Source of the DNA: Acidovorax sp.
GTDB lineage: Bacteria > Pseudomonadota > Gammaproteobacteria > Burkholderiales > Burkholderiaceae_C
Assembly (NCBI RefSeq): GCF_047607405.1
Contig: NZ_JASGDA010000088.1
Location: forward strand, 2,341-66,340
Reading direction: 5' to 3'
Length of the DNA stretch: 64,000 nt
Every line of letters begins with the position of its first letter. Position 1 is the first letter of the stretch. The notes under the pieces are model-generated. The model was not told the origin of the DNA, did no database searches, and saw nothing but the letters and a program-made list of their open reading frames with translations. Below, piece after piece: positions 31,984 to 43,066 of this stretch. The translations under genes and the position numbers were made by a program.

Positions 31984-33903
31984 TCAGGCTTTGGTGGCGA
32001 TGTCCTGGGCGATCAGCTCGGCGAACGCTTCGAGAGACATCACGCCGAGGTCACGATTGCCCCGGGCGCGCACTGCGACGGCTTCTGCGGCCTTTTCCTT
32101 GTCGCCCGCGACGAGGATGTACGGCAGCTTTTGCAACGAATGCTCACGTATTTTATACGTAATCTTCTCGTTTCGCAGGTCGGTCACCACCCTAAGGTCT
32201 TGATTCGGCAGTGCTTTTTGCAGTTTTGCGGCGATTTCGCGACAGTAGTCGCCCTGCCCGTCGGTGATGTTCAGCACGGCGACCTGCACCGGCGCCAGCC
32301 ACGTGGGCAGCGCGCCTGCGTGCTGCTCGATCAGGATGCCGATGAAGCGCTCCAGACTGCCCACGATGGCGCGGTGCAGCATGATGGGGCGGTGGCGCGC
32401 GCCGTCTTCGCCGACGAATTCGGCGTCCAGCCGCTCGGGCATGTTCGGATCGACCTGGATGGTGCCGCACTGCCATTCGCGGCCCAGCGCGTCCTTCAGC
32501 GTGTATTCGATCTTGGGGCCGTAGAAGGCGCCCTCGCCCGGCAAATACGTGAATTCGCAGCCCGAGGCGCGCAGGCCGTCGGCCAGCGCCGCCTCGGCCT
32601 TGTCCCAGCTCTCCTCGCTGCCGATGCGCTTTTCGGGGCGCGTGGACAGGCGATAGAGGATGTCGGTAAAGCCGAAGTCCTTATAGACCTTCTGCAGCAG
32701 CGTGGTGAAGGCCGCCACCTCACCCTGGATCATGTCCTCGGTACAGAAGATGTGGCCGTCGTCCTGCGTGAAGCCGCGCACGCGCATGATGCCGTGCAGG
32801 CCGCCCGAGGGCTCGTTGCGGTGGCAGTTGCCGAATTCGCCAAAGCGCAGCGGCAGGTCGCGGTAGCTCTTGATGCCCTGCTTGTAGATGAGGATGTGGC
32901 CGGGACAGTTCATCGGCTTGAGCGCGTAGTCGCGCTTCTCGCTCTCGGTGATGAACATGTTCTCGCGGTACTTGTCCCAGTGGCCCGTCTTCTCCCACAG
33001 GCTCTTGTCCAGGATCTGCGGGCCCTTGACTTCCAGGTAGCCGTTGTCGCGATAGACGCGGCGCATGTACTGCTCCACCTGCTGCCACACCGTCCAGCCC
33101 TTGGGGTGCCAGAACACCGTGCCAGGCGAGTGCTCGTCGATGTGGAACAGGTCCAGCTCGCGGCCCAGGCGGCGGTGGTCGCGCTTCTCGGCCTCCTCGA
33201 TGCGCTGGATGTAGGCTTCCAGGTCCTTCTTGTCGGCCCAGGCCGTGCCGTAGATGCGCTGGAGCTGCTCGTTCTTGGCGTCGCCGCGCCAGTAGGCGCC
33301 CGCGAGCTTGGTCAGCTTGAACACCTTCAGGAAGCGCGTGTTGGGTACGTGCGGGCCGCGGCACATGTCCACGTATTCCTGGTGGTAGTACAGGCCCATC
33401 GCCTTCTCGTCGGGCATGTCCTCCACCAGGCGCAGCTTGTAGTCCTCGCCGCGCGACTTGAACACGTCGATCACCTCGGCGCGCGGCGTCATCTTCTTGA
33501 CCACGTCGTAGTCCTGCGCGATGAGTTCCTTCATGCGCTGCTCGATGGCGGCCATGTCCTCGGGCGTGAAGGGGCGCTCGTAGGCGATGTCGTAGTAGAA
33601 GCCCTCGTCGATCACCGGCCCGATCACCATCTTGGCCGTGGGGTAGAGCTGCTTGACGGCGTGGCCCACTAGGTGGGCGCAGGAGTGGCGGATGATGTCC
33701 AGCCCGTCCTGGTCCTTGGGCGTGATGATCTGCAGCTTCGCATCGTGGTCGATGCGGTCGCAGGCATCGACGAGCCTGCCATCCACCTTGCCCGCCACGG
33801 TGTTCTTGGCAAGGCCGGGGCCGATGGACTGCGCCACCTCGGCCACTGTGACGGGGCCGGGGTACTCGCGCTGCGAACCGTCTGGGAGCGTGATGTAAAT
33901 CAT
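31984..33903 (-). CDS. thrS: threonine--tRNA ligase
   Basis: It is a 639-aa ORF with an [13 protein letters not shown] domain and a class II catalytic core. Confidence 0.97.
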   Translation of the reverse strand: MIYITLPDGSQREYPGPVTVAEVAQSIGPGLAKNTVAGKVDGRLVDACDRIDHDAKLQIITPKDQDGLDIIRHSCAHLVGHAVKQLYPTAKMVIGPVIDEGFYYDIAYERPFTPEDMAAIEQRMKELIAQDYDVVKKMTPRAEVIDVFKSRGEDYKLRLVEDMPDEKAMGLYYHQEYVDMCRGPHVPNTRFLKVFKLTKLAGAYWRGDAKNEQLQRIYGTAWADKKDLEAYIQRIEEAEKRDHRRLGRELDLFHIDEHSPGTVFWHPKGWTVWQQVEQYMRRVYRDNGYLEVKGPQILDKSLWEKTGHWDKYRENMFITESEKRDYALKPMNCPGHILIYKQGIKSYRDLPLRFGEFGNCHRNEPSGGLHGIMRVRGFTQDDGHIFCTEDMIQGEVAAFTTLLQKVYKDFGFTDILYRLSTRPEKRIGSEESWDKAEAALADGLRASGCEFTYLPGEGAFYGPKIEYTLKDALGREWQCGTIQVDPNMPERLDAEFVGEDGARHRPIMLHRAIVGSLERFIGILIEQHAGALPTWLAPVQVAVLNITDGQGDYCREIAAKLQKALPNQDLRVVTDLRNEKITYKIREHSLQKLPYILVAGDKEKAAEAVAVRARGNRDLGVMSLEAFAELIAQDIATKA

Positions 33904-33923
33904 GGTGTGGGAATCCTTGTCTT

Positions 33924-33958
33924 CAAAACAAAAAGCGCGGAACGATGTCCGCGCTTTT
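33924..33958 (-). terminator. intrinsic terminator / attenuator hairpin in the thrS leader
   Basis: The minus strand has AAAAGCGCGGA, loop CATCGT, TCCGCGCTTTTTGTTTTG. It ends about 20 nt upstream of the thrS ATG. Confidence 0.65.
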
Positions 33959-34008
33959 GTCGAGGGAGGCGAATGGCTTGAATCTCGTGCAGGCGCGAAC
34001 GGCCAGCC

Positions 34009-34050
34009 TCAGCGGCTGGTGAACTTCTCCGTCGTAGTTCGCGGTGTCAT
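34009..34050 (-). CDS. putative thrS leader peptide MTPRTTTEKFTSR
   Basis: ATG ACA CCG CGA ACT ACG ACG GAG AAG TTC ACC AGC CGC TGA. Five of 13 codons are Thr, including three in a row. GAGAAAGG lies upstream. Complementary segments flank it (see findings). Confidence 0.45.
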   Translation of the reverse strand: MTPRTTTEKFTSR

Positions 34051-34141
34051 AACCGACAGTGCCTTTCTCGCCCTTGTGCGTTGCAGAACCAGCATTCTAC
34101 CGGGCCCGCACCGGCGAGCACAGTAGCGGCCTGCATTGCCA

Positions 34142-37100
34142 TCACCCCACCCACCTGCGCGCATTGCGCCAGATGCGCATCCAGGGGCTGAGGGCGCTCT
34201 TGTCGCCGCTCGTCCAGCTCATCTGCACGTTGCGGAACACGCGCTCGGGGTGGGGCATGAGGGCGGTGAAGCGGCCGTCTGCCGTGGTCACGCTGGTGAG
34301 GCCGCCGGGGCTGCCGTTGGGGTTGAAGGGGTACTGCTCGGTGGCGGCGCCGTGGTGGTCCACGTAGCGCATGGCGGCGATGGCCTTGTCTGCGTTGCCA
34401 CGGTACTTGAAGTTGGCGTAGCCCTCGCCGTGGGCGACGGCGATGGGCAGGCGGCTGCCGGCCATGCCTGCGAAGAACAGGCTGGGGGAGTCGAGCACTT
34501 CGACCAGCGACAGGCGGGCCTCGAAGCGTTCGCTCTGGTTGGTGGTGAAGCGCGGCCAGTCCTCTGCGCCGGGGATGATGTCGGCCAGTTCGGCGAACAT
34601 CTGGCAGCCGTTGCACACACCCAGACCAAAGGTGTCGGTGCGGCCGAAGAAGCCCTGGAACTGGTCGGCCAACTGTGGGTTGAAGGTGATGGAACGCGCC
34701 CAGCCGATGCCCGCGCCCAGCGTGTCGCCATAGCTGAAGCCGCCACAGGCGACGACGCCCTTGAAGTCCTGCAACTGGACGCGACCCGTTTGCAGGTCGG
34801 TCATGTGGACGTCGAACGCCTCGAAGCCTGCTTCGGTGAAGGCGTAGGCCATTTCGACGTGCGAGTTGACGCCCTGCTCGCGCAGGATGGCGACCTTGGG
34901 CTTTGCCAGGTTGAGGAAGGGGGCGGCTACGTCTTCGGCGGGGTCGAAGGTCAGGTGCAGGTGCAAGCCGGGGTCGGCGGGCTCGCCCGCTGCGGCGTGC
35001 TCGGCATCGGCGCAGGCGGGGTTGTCGCGCTGCTGGCAGATCTTCCAGCTCACAGCGTCCCAGACTTGGTGCAGGTCGCTCAAAGATGCGCTGAACACGG
35101 CCTTGGCGTCGCGCCAGATTTGCAGTTCGCCTTTGCCTGCGTCGATGGTGGATGAGGCCGGGCGGGTTTTGCCGATGAAGTGGCTCCACTTGGACAGGCC
35201 GTGCTCGCGCAAGGTCTGCATGACTTCGTTGCGCTCTGCGGTGCGCACTTGCAGCACGATGCCGAGTTCTTCGTTGAACAGGGCCTTGAGCGTGAGTTCT
35301 TCGCGGCGGGCGCTGACTTGTTGCGCCCAGTTCTTGGCGTCGCCCGTTTCCATGCGGCTGTCGCTGATGCCGTCGCCTTCGGTGACGAGCATGTCCACGT
35401 TGAGCGCCACGCCCACGTGGCCTGCGAAGGCCATTTCGGCCACCGCCGCGAGCAGGCCGCCGTCGCTGCGGTCGTGGTAGGCCAGGATGTGCCCTTTAGC
35501 GCGCAGGGCGTTGACGGCGTTGACGGTGTGGATGAGGTCTTGCGCGTCGTTGAGGTCGGGCACGCCATCCTTCTCAGGACTGCCGCTTTGCTCCAGCGTC
35601 TGGCCGAGGATGCTGCCGCCCATGCGGCATTGGCCTTTGCCCAAGTCAATGAGGACGAGGGTCGTATCCTCTTCCGTCGCGTCGAGTTGCGGCGTGAGCG
35701 TGCCGCGCACGTCGGAGAGCGTCGCGAAGGCGCTCACGATCAGGCTGACGGGGGATGTGACCTTTTTCTTCTCCGCGCCTTCGCTCCACTGCGTGCGCAT
35801 CGACAACGAGTCCTTGCCCACGGGGATGCTGATGCCTAGAGCGGGACACAGCTCCATGCCCACGGCCTTGACGGTGGCGTACAGGTCGGCGTCCTCGCCC
35901 GGCTCGCCGCAGGCGGCCATCCAGTTGGCGGAGAGTTTGACGCGCGGCAGTTCAATGGGCGCGGCCAGCAGGTTGGTAATGGCCTCGGCCACGGCCATGC
36001 GGCCCGAGGCGGGCGCGTTGAGGGCGGCCAGCGGCGTGCGCTCGCCCATGCTCATGGCCTCGCCCGCGAAGCCCTTGTAATCGGCCAGCGTGACGGCGCA
36101 GTCGGCCACGGGCACCTGCCAGGGGCCGACCATCTGGTCGCGGTGGGATAGCCCCCCCACCGTGCGGTCGCCGATGGTGATGAGGAAGCGCTTGGACGCC
36201 ACGGTGGGGTGCGCCAGCACGTCGATGACGGCTTTTTGCAGCGGCACGCCGGTCAGATCCATGGGCGCGAAGGTGCGCTGCACGGTCGTCACGTCGCGGT
36301 GCATCTTGGGCGGCTTGCCCAGCAGCACGTCCATGGGCATATCGACCGGGTACTTCTGGTCGCCTGCTGCCACGGCAGTGTCTGCCAGCACCAACTGGCG
36401 CTGCTCGGTGGCCGTGCCGATGACGGCGAAGGGGCAGCGCTCGCGCTCGCAGAACGCCTGGAACAAAGGCAGCGATTCGGGCGCGATGGCGAGCACGTAG
36501 CGCTCCTGGCTTTCGTTGCTCCAGATTTCCTTGGGGGCCATGCCCGATTCTTCGAGCGGCACGGCGCGCAGGTCGAACCGCGCACCGCGCCCGGCATCGT
36601 TGGTCAATTCAGGGAAGGCGTTGGACAGCCCGCCCGCGCCCACGTCGTGGATCGCCAGGATGGGGTTTTGCGCGCCCTGCGCCCAGCAGTGGTTGATGAC
36701 CTCTTGCGCGCGGCGCTCGATCTCGGGGTTGCCGCGCTGCACCGAGTCGAAGTCCAGCTCCGCCGCGTTGGTGCCCGTCGCCATGGAACTGGCCGCGCTG
36801 CCGCCCATGCCGATCCGCATGCCGGGGCCGCCCAGCTGGATGAGCAGCGAGCCTGCGGGGAATTCAATCTTCTTGGTCAACTCTGCGTCGATCACGCCGA
36901 CGCCGCCCGCGATCATGATGGGCTTGTGGTAGCCGCGCTGGATGCCGCCCACGTTCTGCTCGTATTCGCGAAAGTACCCCGCGAGGTTGGGCCTGCCGAA
37001 TTCGTTGTTGAACGCCGCGCCGCCCAGCGGCCCCTCGACCATGATCTGCAAGGGGCTGGCGATGTGCTCGGGCTTGCCCACGGTGCTGCCCCAGAGCTTG

Positions 37101-38161
37101 GAGACGGTGAACCCCGTCAGCCCCGCCTTGGGCTTGGAGCCGCGCCCCGTCGCGCCCTCGTCGCGGATCTCGCCGCCCGCGCCGGTGGACGCACCCGGGA
37201 AGGGCGAGATGGCCGTGGGGTGGTTGTGCGTTTCCACCTTCATCAGCACATGGTGGGTTGCACTACTCTTTTGATAGCTGCTTGCGCCCGTCCCATCTGC
37301 GCTAGAGGCCATTTTGGCTATGAATCTCTCCACCGTATGGCCTTCCATGATGGAGGCGTTGTCCGAATACGCCACCACCGTGTGCTGCGGCGCGAGTTGG
37401 TGCGTGTTGCGGATCATGCCGAACAGCGATTTGTCCTGCGCCACGCCGTCGATGGTGAACTGGGCGTTGAAGATCTTGTGGCGGCAGTGCTCGCTGTTGG
37501 CCTGGGCGAACATCATCAGCTCCACGTCCGTGGGGTTGCGCGCCAGGGCGGTGAAGGCGTTGACCAGGTAGTCGATTTCGTCGTCGGCCAGCGCCAGGCC
37601 GAAGCGGGCGTTGGCGGCTTCCAAAGCCGTGCGGCCACCACCGAGAACGTTGACGTGCTCCATGGGCGCGGGTTGCAGCTCGGTGAACAGCGCAGCGGCG
37701 GCGGCGCGCTCCATCACCACGGATTCGGTCATGCGGTCGTGCAGCAGCGCGGCGACCTGGGCCTTTTGCCCGTCGTCCAGTTCAGGCGTCTTGCCCAGCA
37801 GGCCGGATTTGAGAGCGACGCGGTATTCGGTAATGCGCTCCACACGGCGGATGGCGATGCCGCAGTTGCGCGCAATATCGGTGGCCTTGCTGGCCCAGGG
37901 CGACAGCGTGCCCAGGCGTGGCGTGACGATGATGGCCGCGCCATCCGCCGGGCCTGTGTAGGGTTCGCCATAGGCCAGCAGCGCGGACAGCCGCTCCTGC
38001 TGGGCGGGCGTGGGGGCCGCGTCCGTCACCACCAGATGCACGAAGCGCGCCGCGATGCCCTCGATCTTGGGGTGGATGGCTGCCAGGGCGGGTTGAAGCT
38101 GCTGGGCGCGGAAGGCGCTGAGGGCATTGCCGCCCTCGAAGGTGCTGATGTGGTGGGTCAC
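34142..38161 (-). CDS. purL: phosphoribosylformylglycinamidine synthase (large single-chain form)
   Basis: It is a 1339-aa ORF with [36 protein letters not shown] and a C-terminal glutaminase domain GVCNGCQM. Confidence 0.97.
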   Translation of the reverse strand: MTHHISTFEGGNALSAFRAQQLQPALAAIHPKIEGIAARFVHLVVTDAAPTPAQQERLSALLAYGEPYTGPADGAAIIVTPRLGTLSPWASKATDIARNCGIAIRRVERITEYRVALKSGLLGKTPELDDGQKAQVAALLHDRMTESVVMERAAAAALFTELQPAPMEHVNVLGGGRTALEAANARFGLALADDEIDYLVNAFTALARNPTDVELMMFAQANSEHCRHKIFNAQFTIDGVAQDKSLFGMIRNTHQLAPQHTVVAYSDNASIMEGHTVERFIAKMASSADGTGASSYQKSSATHHVLMKVETHNHPTAISPFPGASTGAGGEIRDEGATGRGSKPKAGLTGFTVSKLWGSTVGKPEHIASPLQIMVEGPLGGAAFNNEFGRPNLAGYFREYEQNVGGIQRGYHKPIMIAGGVGVIDAELTKKIEFPAGSLLIQLGGPGMRIGMGGSAASSMATGTNAAELDFDSVQRGNPEIERRAQEVINHCWAQGAQNPILAIHDVGAGGLSNAFPELTNDAGRGARFDLRAVPLEESGMAPKEIWSNESQERYVLAIAPESLPLFQAFCERERCPFAVIGTATEQRQLVLADTAVAAGDQKYPVDMPMDVLLGKPPKMHRDVTTVQRTFAPMDLTGVPLQKAVIDVLAHPTVASKRFLITIGDRTVGGLSHRDQMVGPWQVPVADCAVTLADYKGFAGEAMSMGERTPLAALNAPASGRMAVAEAITNLLAAPIELPRVKLSANWMAACGEPGEDADLYATVKAVGMELCPALGISIPVGKDSLSMRTQWSEGAEKKKVTSPVSLIVSAFATLSDVRGTLTPQLDATEEDTTLVLIDLGKGQCRMGGSILGQTLEQSGSPEKDGVPDLNDAQDLIHTVNAVNALRAKGHILAYHDRSDGGLLAAVAEMAFAGHVGVALNVDMLVTEGDGISDSRMETGDAKNWAQQVSARREELTLKALFNEELGIVLQVRTAERNEVMQTLREHGLSKWSHFIGKTRPASSTIDAGKGELQIWRDAKAVFSASLSDLHQVWDAVSWKICQQRDNPACADAEHAAAGEPADPGLHLHLTFDPAEDVAAPFLNLAKPKVAILREQGVNSHVEMAYAFTEAGFEAFDVHMTDLQTGRVQLQDFKGVVACGGFSYGDTLGAGIGWARSITFNPQLADQFQGFFGRTDTFGLGVCNGCQMFAELADIIPGAEDWPRFTTNQSERFEARLSLVEVLDSPSLFFAGMAGSRLPIAVAHGEGYANFKYRGNADKAIAAMRYVDHHGAATEQYPFNPNGSPGGLTSVTTADGRFTALMPHPERVFRNVQMSWTSGDKSALSPWMRIWRNARRWVG
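37266..37322 (+). repeat. GATAGCTG-hairpin repeat, copy G, inside the purL CDS (antisense to purL)
   Basis: Sequence CTTTTGATAGCTGCTTGCGCCCGTCCCATCTGCGCTAGAGGCCATTTTGGCTATGA. It is read by purL as [19 protein letters not shown]. Confidence 0.85.
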
Positions 38162-38288
38162 GGGAGTGGCCTTTGGAAAGAGGGCGGGATTTTACCTGGG
38201 GGCTTCCTGTGGCGATCTCGTGGTTCATTCACACGAAAAATATCCCGTGTTCTAAAATCGCGTGCCAAAAACACACAGAGGATCTGCC

Positions 38289-38516
38289 ATGGCCCGCAAC
38301 ATCACCTTCACCGCCGACGAGGCCCTGATCGAAGCCGCCCGCGAAGCCGCCCGTGCCGATAACACCACGCTCAACGAGCAGTTCCGCCTGTGGCTGGAGA
38401 GCTATGCGCGCAAGCGGCAGGCGGACAGGGCGATGGAGACGCTGGCGCGCATCCGCAGCTACGCCAGTTCCGGCGGCCTGAAGATGACCCGCGAGGAAAT
38501 GAATGAGCGCCGCTGA
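38289..38516 (+). CDS. RHH-type antitoxin (VapB-like)
   Basis: It starts MARNITFTADEALIEAAREAARADNTTLNEQFRLWLESYA. It overlaps the downstream PIN gene by 14 nt. Confidence 0.7.
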   Translation: MARNITFTADEALIEAAREAARADNTTLNEQFRLWLESYARKRQADRAMETLARIRSYASSGGLKMTREEMNERR

Positions 38517-38937
38517 TTTCCTCGACAGCAATGTCGTGGTCTATGCCTTTGACGCGGCGGGCGGCGAGAAAAGCAGCATCGCCAGCGGCATCATCAACAC
38601 CGCCTTGCGCCAGGGCAACGCCATCATCAGCTTTCAGGTCGTGCAGGAAACGCTGAACGTCATAGGCCGCAAATTCAGCCGCGTCGCCACCCCCAAGGAT
38701 CGCAAGGTCGCGCTGGAACAAGTCCTCGTGCCGCTCTGGCGCATCCACCCCAGCCCCGCGCTGTACGCACGCGGGCTGGGCATCCAGGAGCGCTACGGCT
38801 TCAGCTTCTACGACAGCCTGATCGTCGCCGCCGCGCTGGAAGGCGGCTGCACGCGGCTGCTCAGCGAAGACATGCAGCACGGGCAGCAGATCGAGGGGCT
38901 GCGGGTGGAGAACCCGTTTCTCGGCACCCGCGCCTGA
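38503..38937 (+). CDS. vapC: PIN-domain toxin (VapC-like)
   Basis: It has FLDSNVVVYAFD and SFYDSLIVAAA, which carry PIN acidic residues. Confidence 0.8.
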   Translation: MSAADFLDSNVVVYAFDAAGGEKSSIASGIINTALRQGNAIISFQVVQETLNVIGRKFSRVATPKDRKVALEQVLVPLWRIHPSPALYARGLGIQERYGFSFYDSLIVAAALEGGCTRLLSEDMQHGQQIEGLRVENPFLGTRA

Positions 38938-38965
38938 AAAGCCCTGAATGGGATAATCCCGCCCC

Positions 38966-39781
38966 ATGAGCATCACCATCAAAAGCGCCGAAGACATCGA
39001 GGGCATGCGCGTCGCGTGCCGCCTCGCATCCGAGGTGCTGGACTACATCGCCCCCCACATCAAGCCCGGCATCACCACCAAGGACATCGACCGCCTGGGC
39101 GCCGAGTGCATGGCGCAGCAGGGCACCGTGTCGGCCACCGTGGGCTACCAGCCGCCCGGCTACCCGCCCTACCCCGCATCGCTGTGTACCTCGGTCAACC
39201 ACGTGGTGTGCCACGGCATTCCCAACGACAAGCCGCTGAAGAAGGGCGACATCGTGAACGTGGACGTGACCGTCATCACCAAGGACGGCTGGTACGGCGA
39301 CAACAGCCGCATGTACATCATTGGCGAAGGGTCCATCGCCGCCAGGCGCCTGTGCGCACTGACCTTCGAGGCCATGTGGCACGGCATCGTGCAGGTCAAG
39401 CCTGGCGCGCACCTGGGCGACGTGGGGCATGCCATCCAGAAGTTTGCGGAAGGGCATGGCTTTTCCGTCGTGCGCGAGTTCTGCGGCCACGGCATCGGCA
39501 AGAGGTTCCATGAGGAGCCCCAGGTGCTGCACTACGGCCGCCCCGGAACGCTCGAAGAACTGGTGCCCGGCATGGTGTTCACCATCGAGCCCATGATCAA
39601 CGCAGGCCGCCGCGAGGTGAAGGAGTTCGGCAACGACGGCTGGACCATCGTCACCAAGGACCACAGCCTGTCGGCACAATGGGAGCACACGGTGCTGGTG
39701 ACCGAGACCGGGTACGAGGTGATGACCCTGTCGGCAGGCTCGCCGCCGCTGCCATCCTTCGTGACCTCTACCAAGACCTGA
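38966..39781 (+). CDS. map: type I methionine aminopeptidase
   Basis: It has [22 protein letters not shown] and FCGHGIG motifs. Confidence 0.96.
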   Translation: MSITIKSAEDIEGMRVACRLASEVLDYIAPHIKPGITTKDIDRLGAECMAQQGTVSATVGYQPPGYPPYPASLCTSVNHVVCHGIPNDKPLKKGDIVNVDVTVITKDGWYGDNSRMYIIGEGSIAARRLCALTFEAMWHGIVQVKPGAHLGDVGHAIQKFAEGHGFSVVREFCGHGIGKRFHEEPQVLHYGRPGTLEELVPGMVFTIEPMINAGRREVKEFGNDGWTIVTKDHSLSAQWEHTVLVTETGYEVMTLSAGSPPLPSFVTSTKT

Positions 39782-39827
39782 CCTTCCCAGCGTGCATTCC
39801 GCGCGCTTTTTGCCTGCCGCGCCGACC

Positions 39828-42419
39828 ATGACCGAAATCCATGCCCTGCGCGATGCCTACCGCGCCGACAAGGCCGCCATCCTGGCGGCGATGCAGTCCA
39901 CGGGCGCATCCACGCGCGGCATCCATGGCGTGCTCAAGCGCCTGTCCGCGCTGGCCGACCGCCTGCTGTGTACCTTATGGCAGCGCGCCGGGCTGCCCGC
40001 CGACCTGGCCCTGGTCGCAGTGGGCGGCTTTGGGCGGGCGCAACTTTTCCCCTACTCCGATGTCGATGTGCTGCTGCTGCTGCCAGGCGACGCCGCGCCC
40101 GAGACAGGCAGCGCGCTGCGCACGCAGCTCGAAGGCTTCATCGGCAGCTGCTGGGACGCGGGGCTGGAGATCGGCTCCAGCGTGCGCACCGTGGCGGAGT
40201 GCCTGGCCGAGAGCGCGGCCGACGTGACGGTGCAGACCTCGCTGCTCGAAGCGCGCCAGGTGTGCGGCAGCGCCGCGCTGTTTGCCGAATTCCAGCACCG
40301 CTACCGCGCGCAGATGGACCCGCAGGCTTTCCTGGTGGCCAAGACGCTGGAGATGCGCCAGCGCCACAACAAGTACGAGAACACGCCCTACGCGCTGGAG
40401 CCCAACTGCAAGGAATCCCCCGGCGGCCTGCGCGACCTGCAGACCATCCTGTGGGTGGCGCGCGCAGCGGGCCTGGGCCGCGACTGGAAGGAACTGGCTG
40501 CCAGCGGCATGGCGACGGCCTTCGAGGTGCGCCAGATAGAGCGCAACGAGGCCCTGCTGTTCCTCATCCGCGCCCGCCTGCACGCGGCGGCGGGGCGGCA
40601 TGAAGACCGACTGGTGTTCGATTTGCAAACGGCAGTGGCCGAAACCTTCGGCTACCGCTCGCTCTCGCCCGACGGCAAGCGCCTGCCCATGCGCGCCAGC
40701 GAAAGCCTGATGCGCCGCTACTACTGGGCGGCCAAGGCCGTGTCGCAGCTCGCGCAAATCCTGCTGCTCAACATCGAAGAGCGGCTGAATCCTTCGACAC
40801 ACGAGCCGCGCCCCATCAACGAGCGCTTCTTCGAGAAAGCGGGCCTCATCGAGGTCGCCAGCGACGACCTGTACCGGCACGACCCGCACGCCATCCTGGA
40901 AACCTTTCTGCTCTACCAGACCACGGTGGGCCTCAAGGACCTGTCCGCCCGCACCCTGCGCGCCCTGTACAACGCGCGCGGCGTGATGGACGCCGCCTTC
41001 CGCCGCGACCCGGTGAACCGCGCCAACTTCATGCGCATCCTGCAGCAGCCCGCGGGCATCACGCACGCCATGCGGCTGATGAACCAGACCTCGGTGCTGG
41101 GACGCTACCTGTGGCCCTTCCGCCGCATCGTGGGGCAGATGCAGCACGACCTGTTCCACGTCTATACGGTGGACCAGCACACCCTGATGGTGCTGCGCAA
41201 CGTGCGCCGCTTCTTCATGGCCGAGCACGCGCACGAATACCCATTCTGCTCGCAGCTCGCGGGCGGGTGGGACAAGCCTTACATCCTGTACGTGGCCGCG
41301 CTGTTCCACGACATCGGCAAGGGGCGCGGCGGCGACCACTCCGTCATCGGCGCCGACGAAGTGCGGCGCTTTTGCCGCCAGCACGGCGTGCCGCGCGAGG
41401 ACGCGCAGCTCATCGAGTTCCTGGTGCGCGAGCACCTCATCATGAGCACCGTGGCGCAAAAGCAGGACCTGACCGACCCCGAGGTGATCGGCAACTTTGC
41501 CCGGCGCGTGGGCAACGAGCGCTACCTGACCGCGCTGTACCTGCTCACCGTGGCCGACATCCGCGGCACCAGCCCCAAGGTGTGGAACGCCTGGAAGGGC
41601 AAGCTGCTCGAAGACCTGTACCGCGCCACGCTGCGCACCCTGGGCGGGCGGGCGCCCGACGCCGCCGCCGAGATCGAGGCGCGCAAGCGCGAGGCGCAGG
41701 TGCAGCTCGCCCTGTCCGCGCAGCCGCACGAGTCGCACAAGGCGCTGTGGGACACGCTGGACGTGAGCTACTTCATGCGCCACGAGGCGGCAGACATCGC
41801 CTGGCACACGCGCCACCTCTCGCGCCACGTCGGCACGCCCAAGCCCGTGGTGCGCGCGCGCCAGTCGCTGGCAGGCGACGGGCTGCAAGTCATGGTCTAT
41901 GCGGCCGACCAGCCCGACCTGTTCGCCCGCATCTGCGGCTACTTCGACCGGGCGGGCTTTTCCATCCTGGACGCGCGCGTACACACCGCCAACAACGGCT
42001 ACGCGCTCGACACCTTCCAGGTCGTGGCGCCGTCGCAACCCGGCCATTACCGCGAACTCACGCACATGGTCGAGAGCGACCTGGTGCAGACCATCGAGGC
42101 CGGCGGCCCGCTGCCCGAGCCAGCGCGCAAGCGCCTGTCGCGCCGGGTCAAGAGCTTTCCCGTCGCGCCGCGCGTCACGCTGCGGCCCGACGAAAAGGCC
42201 CAGCGCTGGCTGCTCGCCATCTCCGCCAGCGACCGGGCGGGCCTGCTCTACCTGGTGGCGCGCATCCTGGCGCGGCACCGGCTGAACGTGCAGCTCGCCA
42301 AGGTCAGCACCCTGGGCGAGCGGGTGGAAGACACCTTCCTGGTGCAAGGGCCGGAGCTGCAGAACAACGCCCGGCAGATCCAGATCGAGACCGAGCTGCT
42401 GCGGGAGCTTTCAGCCTGA
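39828..42419 (+). CDS. glnD: [protein-PII] uridylyltransferase / uridylyl-removing enzyme
   Basis: It has a nucleotidyltransferase domain ([23 protein letters not shown]), an HD domain ([14 protein letters not shown]) and two ACT domains. An alternative GTG start is at 39792. Confidence 0.93.
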   Translation: MTEIHALRDAYRADKAAILAAMQSTGASTRGIHGVLKRLSALADRLLCTLWQRAGLPADLALVAVGGFGRAQLFPYSDVDVLLLLPGDAAPETGSALRTQLEGFIGSCWDAGLEIGSSVRTVAECLAESAADVTVQTSLLEARQVCGSAALFAEFQHRYRAQMDPQAFLVAKTLEMRQRHNKYENTPYALEPNCKESPGGLRDLQTILWVARAAGLGRDWKELAASGMATAFEVRQIERNEALLFLIRARLHAAAGRHEDRLVFDLQTAVAETFGYRSLSPDGKRLPMRASESLMRRYYWAAKAVSQLAQILLLNIEERLNPSTHEPRPINERFFEKAGLIEVASDDLYRHDPHAILETFLLYQTTVGLKDLSARTLRALYNARGVMDAAFRRDPVNRANFMRILQQPAGITHAMRLMNQTSVLGRYLWPFRRIVGQMQHDLFHVYTVDQHTLMVLRNVRRFFMAEHAHEYPFCSQLAGGWDKPYILYVAALFHDIGKGRGGDHSVIGADEVRRFCRQHGVPREDAQLIEFLVREHLIMSTVAQKQDLTDPEVIGNFARRVGNERYLTALYLLTVADIRGTSPKVWNAWKGKLLEDLYRATLRTLGGRAPDAAAEIEARKREAQVQLALSAQPHESHKALWDTLDVSYFMRHEAADIAWHTRHLSRHVGTPKPVVRARQSLAGDGLQVMVYAADQPDLFARICGYFDRAGFSILDARVHTANNGYALDTFQVVAPSQPGHYRELTHMVESDLVQTIEAGGPLPEPARKRLSRRVKSFPVAPRVTLRPDEKAQRWLLAISASDRAGLLYLVARILARHRLNVQLAKVSTLGERVEDTFLVQGPELQNNARQIQIETELLRELSA

Positions 42420-42426
42420 ATACTCC

Positions 42427-42479
42427 TGTTTTGATAGCTGTTAGTGCTTTCTGGATAAGCGCTAGAGGCTGATTTGACC
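42427..42479 (+). repeat. GATAGCTG-hairpin repeat, copy H
   Basis: Sequence TTTTGATAGCTGTTAGTGCTTTCTGGATAAGCGCTAGAGGCTGATTTGACCA. It starts 8 nt after the glnD stop and ends at the def stop codon (TTA at 42481). Confidence 0.88.
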
Positions 42480-42480
42480 A

Positions 42481-43020
42481 TTAATCGTCTTCGGCGGCGC
42501 TGATGCCCGGGAACAGCACCTCGGTAAACCCGAACTGCGTGAAGTCGCGCACCCGCATCGGGTACAGCTTGCCGATGAGGTGGTCGCACTCGTGCTGCAC
42601 CACGCGGGCGTGAAAGCCGTCCACCGTGCGGTCGATGGCATCGCCATACGGGTCGAACCCGGTGTAGCGGATGCGCGACCAGCGCGGCACCTTGCCGCGC
42701 AGGCCGGGCACCGAGAGGCAGCCTTCCCAGTCCTCTTCTTCCTCATCGCCCAGCGGCGTGATGACGGGGTTGCACAGCACCGTGGGCGGCACCAGGGGCC
42801 GGTCGGGGTAGCGCGGGTTGCGGTCGCCGGAGCCGAAGATCACCAGCTGCAAGTCCACGCCAATCTGCGGCGCCGCCAGGCCCGCGCCGTTGACGGCCCG
42901 CATGGTCTCGAACATGTCGCGCACCAGCAGGTGCAGCGCGTCGGTATCGAACGCGGTCACGGGCTGGGCCACGCGCAGCAGGCGCGGGTCGCCCATCTTC
43001 AGGATGGTGTGGACGGTCAT
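42481..43020 (-). CDS. def: peptide deformylase
   Basis: It has [16 protein letters not shown] and HECDHL motifs. The start was trimmed to [12 protein letters not shown]. Confidence 0.95.
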   Translation of the reverse strand: MTVHTILKMGDPRLLRVAQPVTAFDTDALHLLVRDMFETMRAVNGAGLAAPQIGVDLQLVIFGSGDRNPRYPDRPLVPPTVLCNPVITPLGDEEEEDWEGCLSVPGLRGKVPRWSRIRYTGFDPYGDAIDRTVDGFHARVVQHECDHLIGKLYPMRVRDFTQFGFTEVLFPGISAAEDD

Positions 43021-43066
43021 GGGGCGGTTCAGTAAAAGCCAATCAGCATAGCGCCACAATAGCCCC

